64,000 nucleotides of DNA from Planctomycetota bacterium. Its GTDB lineage: Bacteria > Planctomycetota > Planctomycetia > Planctomycetales > Planctomycetaceae. Every line of letters starts with the position of its first letter. Positions within the stretch are counted from its first letter, which is position 1. The position numbers and the translations under genes were made by a program. The stretch covers positions 206 through 64,205 of the forward strand of contig CAUZSN010000002.1 in the NCBI GenBank assembly GCA_963582345.1, read 5' to 3'. The notes beneath the pieces are model-generated. The model was not told the origin of the DNA and did not search any database. It was given only the letters and a program-made list of their open reading frames with translations. Positions 59,610 to 64,000 of this stretch are shown piece after piece.

Positions 59610-60181
59610 ATGATCACATTGGCCTCACTGAATTCTCATGGCCAACTCGGATTTAAACGTCTTATTGTTCGCCGACCGATTTTAAGTCAGGGGCAGCAGC
59701 GCTTATACCTTGCGCCTGGCCGAGCAGTTGAACATGCACCACGTTTGCGCGCAGGTCGCCTGTCCTGACTCGCAAATGGTCGACCTGCAGAAACGAGCAA
59801 CACTGTCGATTGCCGAATACACTCACTTCATCATGCCCGTTTTGGGACGGTTGATATTGAAATTACTCAAGCGTGATCTGTCGGGTAAAATGCCTGACTT
59901 AATTCACATTCAATCGCAAAAACGTGCTTGCCCAGGGCACCTGGCTGGTGCGCCGCTTGAATCGACCGTTTGTCCTGACCATCCACGACTCGCTTCAATC
60001 GCGTGAGCGCCTGAACGTGGATAGAACCTGGGGGCAAAGGATCATCGCTGTCAGTGAATCGGTCAAGGCAGTGACGATCTGTCGGTTCGGTGATACCAAT
60101 AAGCAAGGTCTCAGGCTTGCCGCGTTGGGTAAACACAGGTCCAAGGGGCCGGATCACGTCGTGCTGAATTTCGAGACATAA
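59610..60181 (+). pseudogene. family-1 glycosyltransferase relic (N-terminal half, at least 2 frameshifts)
   Basis: GT1-like pieces lie in three frames. These are MITLASLNSHGQ..., ...SSAYTLRLAEQLNMHHV...PDLIHIQSQ..., and ...RRLNRPFVLTIHDSL...GQRIIAVSESVK...VVLNFET*. Weaker similarity continues to about 60380. Confidence 0.6.
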
Positions 60182-60440
60182 AACCGCTCATCATATCATA
60201 GCTCACCAGTTCAAGGCGTGAATCGAGACGAGTGTGCACAATGGAGTCCGTTCAACGTATCTGCTTTGCCAACAAGGATTTTGATCGACCATATGCACCG
60301 GTTTGACATTTTGAAGGATATTGGCACTTCGTTGGGCGGCTCAAATTTGGAATCCTCGCAACGACTGAGCCGATAGGAAGCTGAAGCAGCGCACTTCGTC
60401 GATTTGCGAAAGATACCCAAATCGACAACCCGTAGTATTG

Positions 60441-60830
60441 TTATTGTGCGGCGGCTAATTTGGCCATGCGGATGGCGGGTTCTACGACGCGATCCCAGTT
60501 GTCGTGCAGATAGTCATCTGGTCCCCCTTTGTCAGCGACTTCTTGGGCGACGTCGATTGTGGGCACCATTTCTATTGCGTCCCACGGACAGACAAGCAGT
60601 TCGTACGGGTCCGATTTCTTTGTGGGGATGTGGACACACACTTCACAGCCGACGCATCGCTCGACGTCAATTTCACACCACGACTGTAAGCACCCAATTG
60701 ACTCACCTGGAACCTTGTAAATGCAATCGACCGGGCAGACTTCCAAACAGGCCTCGCAGCCGGTGCAATTATCGGCATTGATGATCGCCACTTCTTTGGG
60801 AAGTTTTTTTCGTGGACCAGATTTTGCCAT
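60441..60830 (-). CDS. 4Fe-4S dicluster ferredoxin-domain protein
   Basis: 129 aa with CTGCEACLEVCP and CVGCEVC...LVCP cluster motifs. Confidence 0.85.
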   Translation of the reverse strand: MAKSGPRKKLPKEVAIINADNCTGCEACLEVCPVDCIYKVPGESIGCLQSWCEIDVERCVGCEVCVHIPTKKSDPYELLVCPWDAIEMVPTIDVAQEVADKGGPDDYLHDNWDRVVEPAIRMAKLAAAQ

Positions 60831-61285
60831 TCAATTCACTCATTCAATCCAGTAGAAGTTATTGCGTCTGGCTCCGTTACCATGAATCGGATAGCGAACG
60901 GGTGGTACTTGTATCTAATCGATCGCTTTGAGTCATTTGATATCCTTACATTCTCGTCTTTGAATCGACTTATGACAAGCGAGCTATTTGCGAGGTTTCT
61001 GCTCTCCGAGGGTTTACTCTACAAGTTCTATCTGGCTGGTCCCACAGAACCTCGGATTAGCAGGGCGCGGATATCCAAGAGAGATTGAAGGTTGGATTTG
61101 GCGATTGGCGGTCGAGTTGGTATTGTGCGTTTCAGAAATTGCAACATAGTCGTCGCCGAGGGTTGGCAGTAGGGAGTCGAAGGAGCATCAGTTCGAAGGT
61201 TTGACCTGGAGATCGAACCAGTTCGTTTTATTAACAACAACCGATGAAATATTCGATGTAGGAATTTGGTTCGATTACTGATTCG

Positions 61286-62845
61286 ATGTCGGAACAGGGA
61301 AAAGTTTACCTGGTCGGAGCCGGACCTGGCGATCCAGGCCTGCTGACGCTGAAAGGGCTACAATGTCTTCAGCGTGCTGATCTGATATTGTACGATGGGT
61401 TGGTTAATCCACTACTATTGTGTCATACGTCCGCCCCAGCAGAACGAACCAGCAGGTCTCTATTGCCTCGTGATCGCACTCGAGGGCAACAAGAGATCAA
61501 TCAAAAACTGATCGCCGCCGCTCGGCTGGGTAAGACCGTCGTCCGACTTAAAGGCGGTGATCCGTTTATCTTCGGCCGAGGGAGTGAGGAAGCGGCCGCA
61601 TTGGTCGAGGCGGGAATTCCGTTTGAAGTGGTACCCGGCATCACTGCCGCCACGGCTGCTAGTGAATACGCAGGAATTTCACTCACGCATCGTGACTTGG
61701 CCTCAGCCGTCGCTTTCATCACCGGACATGAAGATCCAGCGAAGCTCGAGCATTCAATTGACTATGACATGCTGGCATCGTTTCCGGGGACTTTGGTGTT
61801 TTACATGGGACTGCACCGTTTGGAATGGATTGTCGAATCGCTTCTAAAATCCGGTAAAGGACCGGAAACACCTGCAGCCGTCATCAGTCGTGCCACGACT
61901 CCTGATCAGCGCACCGTGACGGCTGCTTTGACGGATTTGGTCGCGAAGGTACGACAGGCCGATCTGCACGCTCCGTCGCTGGTCGTAGTTGGCGAATGCG
62001 TTCGCGTGCGCGAGAAGATCTCTTGGTTTGAAATTCGTCCACTGTTCGGTCAACGGATTGGGATCACACGCCCAGCTGCTGAAACTGGCCCGGTAATTTC
62101 TCGCGCGTTAGAACTCGGAGCTCAACCGGTCCTGCTTCCTACGATCCAAATCCTGCCGCCTGACGATTGGACTAAGGTTGACGCGACGATCGATCGGGTC
62201 GCTGAATTCGATTGGATCATTTTTACGAGCGCCAATGGTGTCCACGGTTTATTGAATAGGATGTGGAAAACAGGTCACGATATGCGGAAACTAAACTCGG
62301 TGAAACTGGCAGCGATTGGAACGGCAACGGCCAAGGCTTTGGCGGCGTATTATTTGAAGGTCGATCTGATGCCCGAATCGTTTCGCGCCGAAGCACTTGC
62401 CGAATCACTACAGCCGCACGTCGAAGGAAAACAGGTTTTATGGGCTCGTGCCGACCGTTATCGCGACGTTCTTTCCAAGGCACTACAATCTGGCGGTGCG
62501 AGCTTGGAACAGTTGGTCGTTTACCGCAATGTCGACTCTGACGCCCTGCCTGCAGGCGTATTGGATATGATTGTTGCCGGACAACTGAACTGGATCGGTG
62601 TCAGCAGTCCAGCGATCGTTCGCAGTTTGCAAAGACTGCTCTCTTCACCTGCGGTGTCACAAATTGGCAAGTCCGTGCGTTTGGCGAGTATCAGCCCAGT
62701 GACGAGTGAAGCCGCGCGCGAAGTTGGTTTGCCAATTGCGGTCGAAGCCAAAATCTTCACGTGGGATGGCATTTTTTCTGCAATCGTCTCAGCTTCGGCA
62801 GATATTGCTTACCGGCGTGACGCTGAAAGCGTCAAACAACAATAG
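61286..62845 (+). CDS. cobA: bifunctional uroporphyrinogen-III C-methyltransferase / uroporphyrinogen-III synthase
   Basis: 519 aa. The N-terminal half has VYLVGAGPGDPGLLTLKG and GGDPFIFGRG (SUMT). The C-terminal half has GQRIGITRPA...FDWIIFTSANGV (HemD-like). Confidence 0.9.
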   Translation: MSEQGKVYLVGAGPGDPGLLTLKGLQCLQRADLILYDGLVNPLLLCHTSAPAERTSRSLLPRDRTRGQQEINQKLIAAARLGKTVVRLKGGDPFIFGRGSEEAAALVEAGIPFEVVPGITAATAASEYAGISLTHRDLASAVAFITGHEDPAKLEHSIDYDMLASFPGTLVFYMGLHRLEWIVESLLKSGKGPETPAAVISRATTPDQRTVTAALTDLVAKVRQADLHAPSLVVVGECVRVREKISWFEIRPLFGQRIGITRPAAETGPVISRALELGAQPVLLPTIQILPPDDWTKVDATIDRVAEFDWIIFTSANGVHGLLNRMWKTGHDMRKLNSVKLAAIGTATAKALAAYYLKVDLMPESFRAEALAESLQPHVEGKQVLWARADRYRDVLSKALQSGGASLEQLVVYRNVDSDALPAGVLDMIVAGQLNWIGVSSPAIVRSLQRLLSSPAVSQIGKSVRLASISPVTSEAAREVGLPIAVEAKIFTWDGIFSAIVSASADIAYRRDAESVKQQ

Positions 62846-62872
62846 TCTAGGATAAACGTAGCGGCAAAGCGC

Positions 62873-62999
62873 CACCCTGGGTTTTGTTCGAATTTGCGCC
62901 GTAACCCTGTGAGGGTTGTAAAGATTGTTGTGAAAGCCTTACGGGGTTCATGTTTTTACCAAATACCCAACTTAGGGCGACACTTCGCTGGCCCTGGGC
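62873..62999. repeat. cluster of CCCTGGG-core palindromes in the cobA-hemD 3' spacer
   Basis: Contains ACCCTGGGT (62874-62882), the hairpin AACCCT-GTG-AGGGTT (62903-62917) and GCCCTGGGC (62991-62999). A further 8-bp hairpin TGCTACAC/GTGTAGCA lies at 63065-63090. Confidence 0.5.
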
Positions 63000-63291
63000 T
63001 ATGTTGTGGACCGCTTCGCAATTGGTCGATTAGCACTGAAACCACTTTGTATATAACAACAAGGTGCTACACCTCCGGCGGTGTGTAGCAAGCGGGGTTG
63101 ACGTGCCAACGACGATCTCAGATAGTTCTCGCCTCAAGTCCTGATTTTGTCCGCGGTCAGGTAGTTTGTCGTGCCAAATTTAGGCAGAGCCTCACCCAGG
63201 CCCAGCCACTTTGATTCGATCAGTGTCGGCACTGCAGAGATGTTTTCATGGTCCAGACTCGACAACTGCAAGACCAAGAAAGGTTGAGGCC

Positions 63292-63981
63292 ATGAATCTA
63301 AAACGAGGGACCGCAGGTCTGACAATCGTCTGCTATCTGGCTGTACTCTTTTACGGCGTTGCATGCCATGCCGTCAGCTATAATGTCAACTCCCATCCGT
63401 TCATGTACTTCATTGTCTGGGACATGTTCTGCGGCTGGTCGGCCTATACCTCGCGGACACAGATTATTGGCGAGGGAGAAAGCGGAAAATTCTATCGGAT
63501 TGCACCGGGACCGTGGGGCGAGTTTCATCCGTACGCCGATTTGCCACGCAGACATTACGATCCATTCGGAAAACATCTGCCGCGGATGGTGCGCAACAGT
63601 CTGAAGCAGACGCAGCACGAACCGCTGACGCAAATCTACGTTATCGAGGAATCTTGGGCGAAAAAGTATAACCTGCCCGACAAAATTTGGTCCCGTCGGT
63701 TTGACGAGCCGAAAAACAAGAACGTGTATTACCATTTGCGGGGCATCTTGTCTCCCGACGGAACTCCCACACATTGGAATCCATCATGGATCGAACGACA
63801 AATCGCAATGAATATCGAAGATAATCCTCGACTACTGGCTGACATGCACCGAGGCCGAGTTTTTTATCATTTGGATTTGCGCCATCGAACCGGCGGTGTT
63901 TACGATCCGACCAAACTACACGGCGGAATTCACGGCAGTCTGGGACGCGAAGCGTACGGAATTTCGACGTCCGCGAATTGA
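63292..63981 (+). CDS. hypothetical membrane-anchored protein
   Basis: 229 aa counted from ATG 63292. It has a TM helix LTIVCYLAVLFYGVACHAV followed by a Trp/Tyr/His/Pro-rich soluble region. I recognise no motif. Confidence 0.55.
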   Translation: MNLKRGTAGLTIVCYLAVLFYGVACHAVSYNVNSHPFMYFIVWDMFCGWSAYTSRTQIIGEGESGKFYRIAPGPWGEFHPYADLPRRHYDPFGKHLPRMVRNSLKQTQHEPLTQIYVIEESWAKKYNLPDKIWSRRFDEPKNKNVYYHLRGILSPDGTPTHWNPSWIERQIAMNIEDNPRLLADMHRGRVFYHLDLRHRTGGVYDPTKLHGGIHGSLGREAYGISTSAN

Positions 63982-64000
63982 CGCGCATCCAGTGTTCGTC

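Noticed and set aside
60831-61285. Cobalamin riboswitch upstream of cobA-hemD
   Set aside because: Only a loose CCTGGAGATC resemblance to the B12 box is present. The conserved GGTG..AA.TCC and GCCACTG elements are absent.
1-64000. CRISPR arrays, rRNA genes, intact IS elements, prophage or known defence-system gene sets
   Set aside because: None were seen while reading the sequence and ORF track. Only relics of mobile genes are present.

Overview
The window looks like a chromosomal segment of a Planctomycetota (Pirellulales-like) genome. This is inferred from a DUF1501 protein, a fused 1016-aa SecDF, an 1183-aa SecA, sulfatase and ECF-sigma relics, and several signal-peptide ORFs with no recognisable family. 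About 42 CDSs appear intact, and most are housekeeping. They include htpG, hspQ, typA, a type IIA topoisomerase A/B pair, fabH, fabI, metK, waaA, secA, tgt-yajC-secDF, sucCD, nfeD-floA and cobA-hemD. There is one tRNA-Pro(GGG). I saw no rRNA, no CRISPR array and no intact mobile element. The unusual content falls into five groups. (1) An inverted duplication of a NYN-nuclease / CN-hydrolase gene pair, in which each copy kept only the gene that the other copy lost. (2) An 82-nt, 31/32-paired hairpin lying in frame inside a CDS. (3) A three-gene cluster of secreted proteins, two of them Cys-dense, with no recognisable domain. (4) An orphan GspF-like gene at the head of the tgt-yajC-secDF string, and an orphan HlyD-like adaptor. 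(5) A high density of recognisable gene relics filling the spacers between genes: ECF sigma, transposase, GT1, sulfatase, DegT, histidine kinase, dinB, GrpB and integrase. All homology calls come from motif recognition by eye. Relic boundaries are approximate, and no database search or folding calculation was run.
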